Shown: positions 9,117 to 18,289, numbered from the stretch's first letter. The stretch is DNA of 33,851 nucleotides from Candidatus Bathyarchaeia archaeon (GCA_049512935.1 JBEKWR010000022.1:1-33851); one strand, 5' to 3'. Made by a program: numbers and translations. The notes: generated by a model not told the origin, from the sequence alone.

Positions 9117-9254
9117 TTAAGCGTTTGTTTCAAGTGTCAACTCTATCAGTTGTATTTCCTCAGTCAGTTGGGTCATTTCTTTTTTCAGTCGGGTTAGTTG
9201 TCTTTGTTTTGATTCTCTGTCGTTGCTTCTTAGGATTTTTACCATTTTTGACAT
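9117..9254 (-). CDS. Small 45-aa coiled-coil protein (below the ORF-track cutoff)
   Basis: MSKMVKILRSNDRESKQRQLTRLKKEMTQLTEEIQLIELTLETNA*; SD GAGGTGG just upstream; TATA-like TTAAATAT further upstream. Confidence 0.6.
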   Translation of the reverse strand: MSKMVKILRSNDRESKQRQLTRLKKEMTQLTEEIQLIELTLETNA

Positions 9255-9494
9255 TCTTCCACCTCGGACACGCATATTGAATCGCATCAGTCACGATATT
9301 TAAGGGTTGCTTTTCAACCGAGTACGCGTTTGCCTGAACTACAAATCTACACTTCTGATTCAGATTTGGCTTCTGCACTTGTGTTGAACAGGTGAACAGT
9401 CGTGCTTGTGTATTAGGTATCTTTATTAGTAATATATAATATCGCAATATATCATATTAAGCGACGCCGCACACGACGGAGTGAAAACAAAAAA

Positions 9495-10322
9495 ATGAAA
9501 ATCAAACAAAAACTCCTTCTATCATACCTAATCATAATAGCACTCTTCATAGCCGCAGGAGCAACAATCACCTACAACGCGATAAGAATGAACCAGCTGC
9601 AAAACAACGTAAAACAACAAGAAACCATCAACGACAACGCCTACAACTACCAACAAGGCCTCGACCGAAAGCAGTTCGGCACCTTAATGTACAGCGCAGA
9701 CCAGGAGCAGGAAGGCTCAAACATCGTTGTAGCCAGCGCAGACGAAGAAACACAAGCACAAGACTACTTGGCAACCGCCTTAACTTCTAACTCAAGCCTC
9801 CTCGCCCAATTCGACGGGGTACTCGCGATCGACACCAACACCATTAACCCCGCAATCAGCCAGATAGTAACACTGTACAACGGCGACCTCAACTCATCGG
9901 CAAAATACGTTCAAATCTGGGATCAAATGACAAGCGTTATGAACGCAACCGCCACAGCTGACACGCAACTCGCTGCAATCAGGTCAGACACTCAAACAAA
10001 CGTCCAAAACGCTGTCAACACGTCACAAAACTACACCAACTTCAGCATCGCCGTGGCAGTCATATTCATCGGGGCCATAACTGCCACTTCAGTCGCGTTA
10101 TCAATAGTCATGGGGAACCGCATCACCAACCCGCTTAAGAACCTCGCTAACATCGCCCAGAAAGTAAGCCAAGGAGACCTTGACCAAAGATACTACCTCA
10201 AACAGAATGCTGACCCTAAAACTGGCGACGAAATCGACGAGCTTGTCGACGCCTTCAAGAAGATGATCAACGCTTACAGGATGCAGGAAGCACTACTCAA
10301 GGAAGATGAAGGTAAAGACTAA
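9495..10322 (+). CDS. Membrane sensor-like protein: TM, extracellular helical domain, TM, HAMP, with no output domain
   Basis: MKIKQKLLLSY (MCP-like start); HAMP motif ITNPLKNLANIAQKVSQGDL...DEIDELVDAFKKM; stops about 17 aa later. Confidence 0.85.
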   Translation: MKIKQKLLLSYLIIIALFIAAGATITYNAIRMNQLQNNVKQQETINDNAYNYQQGLDRKQFGTLMYSADQEQEGSNIVVASADEETQAQDYLATALTSNSSLLAQFDGVLAIDTNTINPAISQIVTLYNGDLNSSAKYVQIWDQMTSVMNATATADTQLAAIRSDTQTNVQNAVNTSQNYTNFSIAVAVIFIGAITATSVALSIVMGNRITNPLKNLANIAQKVSQGDLDQRYYLKQNADPKTGDEIDELVDAFKKMINAYRMQEALLKEDEGKD

Positions 10323-10324
10323 AA

Positions 10325-10549
10325 ATGACGCTGGAACAAGACTGCCTTTCAGTGCTCACAAAACAGATGGGTCCAGCCGCCAAAGTCTTTTTGAACCGTC
10401 AGTGCCGGAATCATCTAAAGAAAGAGGCGTCTGAACTCCAGAAAGAGGACCTTCCTGAACTGGCAAAACTGTGCTTCATAGGAACACAGCCAGCGCTGGG
10501 GGTAGTGGCGGCAGAGAGCCTGAAGAAAGGCATCATTGCTCTCGAATAA
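10325..10549 (+). CDS. Small helical hypothetical protein, co-transcribed with the HAMP protein
   Basis: Starts 2 nt after the HAMP gene stop; L..QMGPAAKVFLNRQC motif. Confidence 0.75.
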   Translation: MTLEQDCLSVLTKQMGPAAKVFLNRQCRNHLKKEASELQKEDLPELAKLCFIGTQPALGVVAAESLKKGIIALE

Positions 10550-10636
10550 AAAACTGACCCTTTTCTTCAATTTCCACTTGCAAGTTTCCCACTGAAATTT
10601 TTTGGGCCACTCAAAATTTTAGAAGACTGTTAGAAA

Positions 10637-11809
10637 TCATTTGACAACTGGTTTGATGGTGACCAACGAGCCCTCTTTAACCATTAGTTTTTGCCGAATC
10701 AATTTGGGAATTTGAATCCGCCCTTTTCCCTCGAATTCTGAATCCTTCTGTATTTTGAATTTGCAGCGAACGGATTTTCCCAGAAGAATGTCGTTTATTG
10801 TCACTTCTTCAATTTTTTCTTGGCCGTAGAATTCCCTCCATCTTTCAACCAAGCCTCCGTCGAAACGCACTTTGTCTTCTCCCATAAAATTCCCAAACCC
10901 AGAAAGATCCTGGACTATGAGTTGGCACGCAGGGGAATCAGGCAAAAACTCTTTCATGGTATGTTCTTCAGGCTGCTTTTCTACGTTTGCGACCTCAACG
11001 GCTTGTTCAGGGGGCTCTTGTTCGATTACTGGTTTTATCAGAACTTTCGATCCTTTTTTGATTTGGAGAATCCGCAGAAGCATTTCGGGAATCAAAGCCG
11101 TGTCTCGCCGCGAATCTTTTGACTCCTTTATCGGTTCAAACTTGCACTGAATTGTTTTGCCGTTGCTTGGCGATTTTAAGGTTATTCTGCGAATTTTTTT
11201 TTCCCCATAGAGGTCTGTCCACCGGCCGACCGTTATCATGTCTAAGCGGACAATGTCATGAGAAGCTGATATCACGTCTAACCTTCCCATTTGGTCGACA
11301 GTGAACTCGGTGAATTCTGGTTCTGGAAGATCTAGGATGGTGGATTCCGTTTGTTCTGAACTCAGCGATGGTGCGGTTTCAACGGTTTGCTTTTGTTCCA
11401 AATTGCTCTGTGGGGCAGTTTCATTTGGCGGCTGTTTAATTGATTGCGTCTTCTCTTTTGTGCGATTGATTATGGATGGCGCTAAAACGCGCGTTAAATT
11501 GTTCATGTTTTCGTCTGTAGCTTCTTTTGAGGCTACGGTAGTTAGGAAATAATCGTTAATGCGGGTGATGTCGACCCTTCCGTTTGCGCCTTGAATGGTG
11601 ATTGATCTTATTCCGTCTATGACGTTGGCTCTTTCGTTTATTTCTTCAAAAGCTTCGATTGTTTTCTTTGCTTCCTCTTCTTTTACCTGCTCATCCTTCG
11701 CGAGAATGTTTCCTTTTCCGAAAAGGAAGGCTTTTGAAACGTCTTTGCTTGCATCTTTTATCTCGTTTAACGCCTTTGTTTGTTCGAGGTCGTGCAGGTT
11801 TTCTTCCAT
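10637..11809 (-). CDS. Roadblock/LC7-like N-terminal domain plus two CDC48-N-like double-psi beta-barrel repeats
   Basis: N-terminal ALNEIK..SKDVSKAFLF...GNILA; low-complexity linker; two ~90-aa internal repeats ending IP.....L..K.GS.V.IKPV; SD AGGTGA before ATG at 11809. Confidence 0.6.
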   Translation of the reverse strand: MEENLHDLEQTKALNEIKDASKDVSKAFLFGKGNILAKDEQVKEEEAKKTIEAFEEINERANVIDGIRSITIQGANGRVDITRINDYFLTTVASKEATDENMNNLTRVLAPSIINRTKEKTQSIKQPPNETAPQSNLEQKQTVETAPSLSSEQTESTILDLPEPEFTEFTVDQMGRLDVISASHDIVRLDMITVGRWTDLYGEKKIRRITLKSPSNGKTIQCKFEPIKESKDSRRDTALIPEMLLRILQIKKGSKVLIKPVIEQEPPEQAVEVANVEKQPEEHTMKEFLPDSPACQLIVQDLSGFGNFMGEDKVRFDGGLVERWREFYGQEKIEEVTINDILLGKSVRCKFKIQKDSEFEGKGRIQIPKLIRQKLMVKEGSLVTIKPVVK

Positions 11810-12007
11810 TTTATCAAAGCTCACCTGTTTTTCTTCCTTGGACGCCTGAGAACGTGTAACATTTATTGAGTCTTAATACATATTATGTAGTCGAGAGTTA
11901 TAAAAACATTACCCCCCAATCCGGCACCCCTGCGCCGCCAGCAAAACGCTGGGAGTTCTTCGACCAGTATTTGTGCTGGACAAATGCGGATTTGAAAACA
12001 AAATCAA

Positions 12008-12026
12008 TAATATTTATTAATATTTA
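12008..12026 (+). promoter_or_regulatory. TATA-like region with a TAATATTTA direct repeat
   Basis: taatattta at 12008-12016 and 12018-12026, upstream of the Zn-protein ORF. Confidence 0.4.
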
Positions 12027-12077
12027 CGATACGTTTCAATAGTTCAACACCAACCACGAACAAAGAGGGAAAAAAGA

Positions 12078-12410
12078 ACGTTAAAATGCTCAAACCCTTC
12101 CTGCGGAAAAACTTTCAACACACCGATAAAATCGTTAAATGTTCAACAAGGCTCAGCAGAGCAGTTCGCTTGCCCATGCTGCCTAACAAAAATAAATGAG
12201 TCTCCGATAGTATCTGACAAGAAACCTGAAAAAAGTCAGGGTGAAACGGAGCCGCTGAAAGAGAAGTCAGCCAAAGATAGGGAGAAGCCGTACGCCTGCA
12301 ACTACCACTTCGGATACTTGAGCGAGCGGAAGCAGAAAAAGGAAATCCCCGACGAATGCCTTGTCTGCAAAGACACCGTCGAATGCATTCTTGGAAGAAT
12401 GAAAACTTAG
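12078..12410 (+). CDS. Double Zn-binding protein (110 aa), apparent ACG start, absent from the ORF track
   Basis: Frame reads (M)LKCSNPSCGKTF...FACPCCL...ACNYHFGYLSER...IPDECLVCKDTVECIL..*; no ATG/GTG/TTG between the in-frame TAA at 12018 and the first Cys; GAGGG lies 8 nt before the ACG. Confidence 0.75.
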   Translation, partial: TLKCSNPSCGKTFNTPIKSLNVQQGSAEQFACPCCLTKINESPIVSDKKPEKSQGETEPLKEKSAKDREKPYACNYHFGYLSERKQKKEIPDECLVCKDTVECILGRMKT

Positions 12411-12475
12411 TGCGCAGCTAAACCAGAACCGATTCTTCTTAAATAAGCCTCTGCGGGTTGGAGGTCAGTTTGTTT

Positions 12476-14284
12476 TTAAGTCGCTTCTTTTTGGTTGTGG
12501 TTTAGCGCGGTGACCCATTCTTTGGTGTTCATTAGGCACGGCGAAGACGAGTGTTTTTTCCTGTAGGCGTGGCTGAGTCTGACTGCCATCGGCGGTATTA
12601 TACCTGCCATAGCGAGCAACCCCTCGTCTGCGAAGAATCCTCTTGTTGAGCCGTCGTAGAGCACTGTGCCGCTGTGCATCACTATGACTCTTTTCGTGTG
12701 TTCCGAAACCAAGGTCATGTCATGCGTTATCGCCAGGATTGTCGTTCCTGCCCTGTTTAGTTCGTCAAGCAGGTTCATTATGTCCTCAGACATTCTGAAG
12801 TCTTGACCCGTAGTTGGCTCGTCAACAATCATGATTTTGGGGTTCATGGCAAGAATGGACGCCACGGTTAGGCGTCGTTTTTCACCTTTCCCCAGGAACA
12901 TCGGGTCCTCATCGATCTTCGCCATTAAACCAACGCTCTTCAACGCCTCTTTGACTCTGGGGTCAATCTCTTGCTGGGGAATCTTTAGGTTCTTCAATCC
13001 GTAGGCTACTTCATCGTAGACTTTGCGCATGAAAATCTGGTTGTCTGGGTTCTGGAAAACGTAGCCGACGTAGCAGGGGATTTTCTGAATCACTTTCTTG
13101 TCCCGCAGGTTCAAACCCATGACTTTTGCTTCGCCTTGAAACTTCTTGTATAAGCCGCTGATTACCTTGGATATTGTTGATTTGCCTGCGCCGTTTTGGC
13201 CTATAAGCCCAACGTACTCTCCTTTTCTTATGGTAAAGTTTACGCCTTTGAGCGCCTGTGTCCCATCTTCGTAAGAGAAATCAAGGTTTTTGACGCTTAT
13301 TATTTCCTCAGCGTTCTCAGCAGGCGTGCTATCCTCGATGTCTGTTAAGACTGTTTCTTTTTTTGATTCACATGCTTCTACCATTTCGTCGACGGTGAAG
13401 GGAACCCTACCCTTGTAGCTTAAACCTGATTGCCACCCGATTCTCGCTATGTCCGAGGCGTAGAGTCCATTTTCCTGGAACAGTTTGGATTGACAATACA
13501 CTTCTTCGGTGGTGCCGTACGCAATTGTTTGCCCGTTATTTATGGCAAGCACCTTGTCAGCGTACTTTTGAATTACCTCTGGGTTGTGTTCAACAACAAT
13601 TATCGTTATGTCATAATCGTTTCTTATTCGGTCAATAGCCTGAATAATGCTTAGTTTCCCTTCCGGGTCAAGGTTAGACATGGGTTCATCCAGCACCAGC
13701 AATTCAGGTCGCAGAGCAACGAAAGAAGCTATCGCAGCCCTCTGCTTCTGTCCGCCTGACAGCTCGCTTGGGTGAACAAGGTCTGCAATTGGCCACAAGT
13801 GACCCAGACCAACAACTTCAAGCGCTTCTTTAGTTCTTCTCTCAATCTCGTCGGTCGGCAGCCCCAAAAGTTCCATGCCGAAGCTGATTTCGTGGAGAAG
13901 ATCCATTCTTAAGAACTGGTTGTCGGGGTCTTGAAGTAGCAGTCCAACTCTCGGCGCTGTCTGCTTTATGCCAACAACTTTATCGACTGTTCTGCCTGTC
14001 TTCTCATCAATTACAGATTCCACTTTAGTTAGTGTTTGCCCGAACAGTTTTATTTCGCCTTTTATGTGCTCTCCCGCTTTTCCGATGGGAACTGTAAAAA
14101 CGTGCGGTATCACTCCAGTTAAAGCGTAGCAAAGGGTGGTCTTGCCCGCTCCGCTGGGTCCGATGATTCCGAAGAATTCTCCTTTTTCGACCTTGAATGT
14201 TAAACCTTTTAGCGTGTAGGGGTTCTCGACTCCCACGTAAGATCGGTATTTCCACCAGAAATCATTTACTTCCAATACCGACAT
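12476..14284 (-). CDS. ecfA: ECF transporter ATPase, fused duplicated ABC domains
   Basis: Two Walker A motifs (GPSGAGKT, GQNGAGKS), Q-loops QDPDNQ/QNPDNQ, LSGGQKQR, DEP Walker B; SD GAGGT before ATG at 14284. Confidence 0.93.
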   Translation of the reverse strand: MSVLEVNDFWWKYRSYVGVENPYTLKGLTFKVEKGEFFGIIGPSGAGKTTLCYALTGVIPHVFTVPIGKAGEHIKGEIKLFGQTLTKVESVIDEKTGRTVDKVVGIKQTAPRVGLLLQDPDNQFLRMDLLHEISFGMELLGLPTDEIERRTKEALEVVGLGHLWPIADLVHPSELSGGQKQRAAIASFVALRPELLVLDEPMSNLDPEGKLSIIQAIDRIRNDYDITIIVVEHNPEVIQKYADKVLAINNGQTIAYGTTEEVYCQSKLFQENGLYASDIARIGWQSGLSYKGRVPFTVDEMVEACESKKETVLTDIEDSTPAENAEEIISVKNLDFSYEDGTQALKGVNFTIRKGEYVGLIGQNGAGKSTISKVISGLYKKFQGEAKVMGLNLRDKKVIQKIPCYVGYVFQNPDNQIFMRKVYDEVAYGLKNLKIPQQEIDPRVKEALKSVGLMAKIDEDPMFLGKGEKRRLTVASILAMNPKIMIVDEPTTGQDFRMSEDIMNLLDELNRAGTTILAITHDMTLVSEHTKRVIVMHSGTVLYDGSTRGFFADEGLLAMAGIIPPMAVRLSHAYRKKHSSSPCLMNTKEWVTALNHNQKEAT

Positions 14285-14288
14285 TTTT

Positions 14289-15353
14289 TTACCTCGTGAA
14301 TAAGGCGGTGATGGAGTGTCCAAGGATGACCTCGTATATTAAGAATGCTGCCAATATCGCTAATATCGTGAAGTCCACGTAGCTTAACCGTTTTGTCTCT
14401 TTGAAATCTGTCACGCGTTTTGACGCCTCGAATCCCCTTGCGTAGAGCGCTACACCCGTTTCTGTAGAACGCCTTATCATGGTTGCAACCAGCGGAATCG
14501 ATGTTTGTGCAAGGTCAATTATCTTGGAAAAAATGCTTTTCCTGATTACATTTGCCGCGCGGGCGGTCTGAGCGATTTTGATGTCTTGATAGTCAAGCAG
14601 TATCGTGTTTAGATTTCTAAACATCAACGCGACGAAGAATGACTTCCGAAATGAAAGACGAAGTTGTCTAAGTGCTCCAGCAATCTCTACATCTCGCGTG
14701 GTTAAAAGGAAAAGAAACGATGTGTAAATTAGCACTCCGTACCCGAGCGCTTTGGATAACGCAACCGTGGTTGACCACTGCGGCAGCGAAAACGAGTAGG
14801 TCACTCCAATGGGAATTCTTGCCCATGTTGTTGCCGACGAGAAACTGAGCGAGCTGGGCATGATGGTAAACCACCATAGTAGCAACCCAGCAACGAGTGA
14901 CCAACCGATGCTTCGTAACTTGTAGTAGACGAGGCTAAAGACGCCTACAAAAACCAGGGTTGATATTCCTATTGGTAAAAAGCCCGGCCACAGGTAAAAG
15001 ACAATTTTTGCCCCGGGCAGCGAGCCGTTGAAGAACAGCCACCAGAAGAATTCGCCGAAAAGAACTGGCAAAGCCAATATTAAGTATGAGCTTACTAAGT
15101 GCTTTGCGGTCCTTGAAATTATCAAGAGACCAAATACGAGAACTAGCAAAAGAACTAGCCCTATGATGTCGGGGCCGCCTTTTGAAACGGGAATGTCAAA
15201 CATGTAAAGAGCCAGCACGGACATGGCTGCGATCATTAAGAATTTTGTTATGACATGTAGTTTTTCAATTGGGGTTCCTGTTCTCATAGAAAAAATAAAG
15301 GTGCACACGTACTTCTTGGAAGCACGTGCCTCCTCTTTCGGTTTTTCCAACAA
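14289..15353 (-). CDS. ecfT: ECF transporter transmembrane component T
   Basis: Hydrophobic protein with TPIEKLH..TK, AQTARA and ALYARGF (conserved Arg motifs). Confidence 0.88.
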   Translation of the reverse strand: MLEKPKEEARASKKYVCTFIFSMRTGTPIEKLHVITKFLMIAAMSVLALYMFDIPVSKGGPDIIGLVLLLVLVFGLLIISRTAKHLVSSYLILALPVLFGEFFWWLFFNGSLPGAKIVFYLWPGFLPIGISTLVFVGVFSLVYYKLRSIGWSLVAGLLLWWFTIMPSSLSFSSATTWARIPIGVTYSFSLPQWSTTVALSKALGYGVLIYTSFLFLLTTRDVEIAGALRQLRLSFRKSFFVALMFRNLNTILLDYQDIKIAQTARAANVIRKSIFSKIIDLAQTSIPLVATMIRRSTETGVALYARGFEASKRVTDFKETKRLSYVDFTILAILAAFLIYEVILGHSITALFTR

Positions 15354-15391
15354 CTTTCCCCTTAATTTTTTCTGTTAAGGAAGAGTTGTTC

Positions 15392-16096
15392 TTAAGTTAC
15401 CCATCCGTGGTTGACTAAGCCCTGTCTTTCAACGAGGTTTGTGAGTCCCTTGACAAGTACTGGAGTTATGATCACCATTGCCAGCAAGTCGCCTGCGAAC
15501 CATCCTGCCCACCATAGCCAATACGCGCTGCCTGGAACAAGTCCCAATTGAAATTGTATTCCGATTCCCAGCTCTGCACTGATTGCGTTGAGTATGATTC
15601 CGTTTATGAGTATAAACCAGAACCATGCGCCTACTCTATTTGTTTTGAAGCCTGCAACTTCTTTTTCAGTTAAGTCTCTCCATAGCGGATCAAAGCCTCT
15701 ATTTGCTAGCAATCCACGCCAGACCATGAACGCGACCAGCGGCGGAACAAAGTCAGCTATCGAATAAGCCAATGACGGAACGACGCCTAAACCAACCATC
15801 AGTCCTGCTCCGAGTACACAGCCGACATATGCAGAGATTATACCCCAGATTCCCCACCACATAGTGAACACAAGGAAGAAGGGGTACACAAAGTAGAATA
15901 GTGAAATGCCTGAGTAGCTTAATGGACCGAGCAAAGAGACGCTAAGGTACGAAAGAATGATAATTGCCGCGATCTGCACCGCATACAGCACGTACTGCGT
16001 TGTTGAAACTGGTTCTCCTCTGCCTAATTTCAGTGTATAGTTGCTCCAAGGATACTTGGTTTCCGTTTTTGCTTCTGTTTTTTCTCCCCCACTCAA
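15392..16096 (-). CDS. Integral membrane protein, probable ECF substrate-binding (S) component with MASE1-like features
   Basis: About 6 TM helices; first gene of the ecfT-ecfA operon; WWGIWG and WWAGWFAGDLLAM..ITP motifs. Confidence 0.65.
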   Translation of the reverse strand: MSGGEKTEAKTETKYPWSNYTLKLGRGEPVSTTQYVLYAVQIAAIIILSYLSVSLLGPLSYSGISLFYFVYPFFLVFTMWWGIWGIISAYVGCVLGAGLMVGLGVVPSLAYSIADFVPPLVAFMVWRGLLANRGFDPLWRDLTEKEVAGFKTNRVGAWFWFILINGIILNAISAELGIGIQFQLGLVPGSAYWLWWAGWFAGDLLAMVIITPVLVKGLTNLVERQGLVNHGWVT

Positions 16097-16376
16097 ATGA
16101 AATCCCCGCTCCTCATAGTCAACGCTATCAGTATTTAATACTTTTCAACAAAATTAAAACAAAAGATTGATTAAAATTGCGACTAAAAAGGCAACACTTA
16201 CTCCGAAAGAGCCGCGGTCAAAGTGGATTTTACGTGTTTTTAAGGCAATTTCACTTATATAATTTCCATGCGTGTTGCTTAGAACACCGCAAGAAACCGC
16301 AAGTTTCAGCAATTTGCCACGCGGGCGTCGGGAAGAATTAATAAATCCCAAACTTGCATTTCATCTGGGCTACCAA

Positions 16377-17177
16377 ATGATGTTCACTGTTTCCGCCATT
16401 TTTCTTCTACATTTAATTCTCTCTTTCGCTGTCGGAAGCTTATGGGTAACATTAATCACGGTTATTGCTGAAAAGAAGGGCAGCGTCTTGGGCGGCATTC
16501 TCGGCGGACTTCCATCTACATCCGCGTTCTCGTTCTTCTTCATCGGGATTAACCAGTCCACTGCAGCCGCTGTCGAAGCAACCACGGTTTTCCCGCTAGC
16601 CTTCGGCGTCACGAGCGCTTACCTGTTCCTTTACGCCTTTTTCGCTTCGAAAAGCTTCAGCCGCGGAATCGGCTTTTCGCTTCTTATTTGGTTCGCAGTT
16701 TCAGGCTTGATAGTTGCGTCGGGCTTGAAGGATTTCGGCGTGTGCTTAGGGGTCGGAGCGGTTGTTTCGGTCTTGACATATTACGGGTTTGCCAAGGTGC
16801 TGAGGCTGCAGAATTTGAAGGGGCAAGAAACCCGTTATAAGCTCTGGGAAATCGTGTTCCGCGGAGTCGGCGCAGGAGCTCTTGTGATGGTTGCGGTGCT
16901 TTTAAGCCAGGTTGGCGGTCCAGTCTTAGGCGGCATTGCAGCTGCGTTTCCCGCGGTTTTCACTTCAACCCTGATAATCCTTCAAAGAAGCAGGGGAACA
17001 GAGTTTTCGCGCGCCGTAACCAAGCCGCTGGTGCTTTCGGGCATTTTAACCATCATTCCGTTCTGCGTGGCAGTTAGGTACCTGTATCCTGCCCTTGGAG
17101 TTCTGTTTGGAACCTTAGTCTCCTACGTTCTAGTGGTCCCGTTAGCGGTTCTGTCGTACTACTTGGCGCAACGTTAA
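16377..17177 (+). CDS. DUF3147-like multi-pass membrane protein with an internal duplication
   Basis: AEKKGSVLGGILGGLP and SQVGGPVLGGIAAAFP repeated halves; ATG at 16377 follows TATA-like TTAATAAA. Confidence 0.7.
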   Translation: MMFTVSAIFLLHLILSFAVGSLWVTLITVIAEKKGSVLGGILGGLPSTSAFSFFFIGINQSTAAAVEATTVFPLAFGVTSAYLFLYAFFASKSFSRGIGFSLLIWFAVSGLIVASGLKDFGVCLGVGAVVSVLTYYGFAKVLRLQNLKGQETRYKLWEIVFRGVGAGALVMVAVLLSQVGGPVLGGIAAAFPAVFTSTLIILQRSRGTEFSRAVTKPLVLSGILTIIPFCVAVRYLYPALGVLFGTLVSYVLVVPLAVLSYYLAQR

Positions 17178-17193
17178 GCGGCGAGTTTGCGGC

Positions 17194-18015
17194 TTAAGGT
17201 GATGGGCTGGTCTCAGGAACAAGTTTAATTTGGTAGAGGCTTTGCCAGTCCTTGCCCGTCACGAAAAGCCTGTTGTTTTGCTGGTCGTAGGCGATGCCGT
17301 TTAGCACGGCGTTGAAGTTCGAAGCACTTGCAACTGCGGCTGGCAGACCTGTGAGGTTTATCGAAGCCGTAACTTGTCCCGTTTCTGGGTTGATTATGAC
17401 GATTTCGTTTGTCATCCAGACATTGGCGTAGACGGAGCCGTTGATGTAGCACAGCGAGTTAAGCTCGGGTACGGTTGCGTTTCCTTCATGCACTGTGACT
17501 TGGCCTATCGGCTGAAAAGTCGTTGCGTTCAAAAAGTAAAGGTGGGCGGAGCCATCGCTCATGATTAACTCTTTGCCGTCGTAGGTTAAGCCCCAGCCCT
17601 GCGTCGGGTACGTGAAGTTGCCTAAGAGCGCGAACGTGTTTTTGTCGTAAATGAAGCCTATGTTCGATTGCCATGTTAACTGCACGATTGTGTTGTTGAC
17701 GACGGCTATGCCCTCGCCGAAGTACTGGGCTGGCAGGGTGTATTCTTGCACGACCTTGCCCGTGGTTAGGTCCACTTGGCGTAAAGTTGAAGCGGCGCCG
17801 TTTCCACTTCCGCTGCTTTCATACAGGAAGCCGTTTGAATAAACCAGACCCTCGGTGAAGGCGCTGGTGTCATGCGGATACGTGTTAACTATAGTGTAAC
17901 CGTAAGTCACCGTGGAGTTTGTGGATGCACCGCTGTTTTTTAAAGAAGCGTACATTAAAGCGGCTAAGACAACGATTACAATAACGGCGACTACAATTAT
18001 TGGCAGTTTCTTCAT
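17194..18015 (-). CDS. Glutaminyl-peptide cyclotransferase (plant/bacterial beta-propeller type), secreted or membrane-anchored
   Basis: YPHD..AFTEGL, YFGEGI, QLTW, GWGLT, SDGS, ANVW, VLNGIAYD, VTGK.W; N-terminal signal/TM. Confidence 0.92.
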   Translation of the reverse strand: MKKLPIIVVAVIVIVVLAALMYASLKNSGASTNSTVTYGYTIVNTYPHDTSAFTEGLVYSNGFLYESSGSGNGAASTLRQVDLTTGKVVQEYTLPAQYFGEGIAVVNNTIVQLTWQSNIGFIYDKNTFALLGNFTYPTQGWGLTYDGKELIMSDGSAHLYFLNATTFQPIGQVTVHEGNATVPELNSLCYINGSVYANVWMTNEIVIINPETGQVTASINLTGLPAAVASASNFNAVLNGIAYDQQNNRLFVTGKDWQSLYQIKLVPETSPSP

Positions 18016-18289
18016 CGAAGTCTAAATTAACTGTTCTCATTAATATGTAAAACGCAAGAATCCGTTTTTTCCCTCGTCACATGTCATAAGCTGAACGTCC
18101 AGCGGCTTTGCTGTCTGTTGGCTGAATTGTGAAGTACACTCAAAGACCTCCCATGTTTCAATGCAAAAACAAACCGTTCAGGATGAGGCACGAGAAAATT
18201 GGCAGAGACACAGACAAAGATTCCTTTTTAAATCAGAAGGTTACGCCTTCGTGTTCGCTCAGCATTCAAATAATTGAGCGTAGCAACGG

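Noticed and set aside
8658-9447. Track ORFs 8658-9053 (+) and 9160-9447 (-)
   Set aside because: No protein-like motifs or SD; they overlap the better-supported 45-aa ORF, the hairpin and promoter regions
9495-10549. Frameshifted chemoreceptor or histidine kinase
   Set aside because: The sequence after the HAMP gene encodes a distinct small ORF with no H-box or MCP signature that I can recognise
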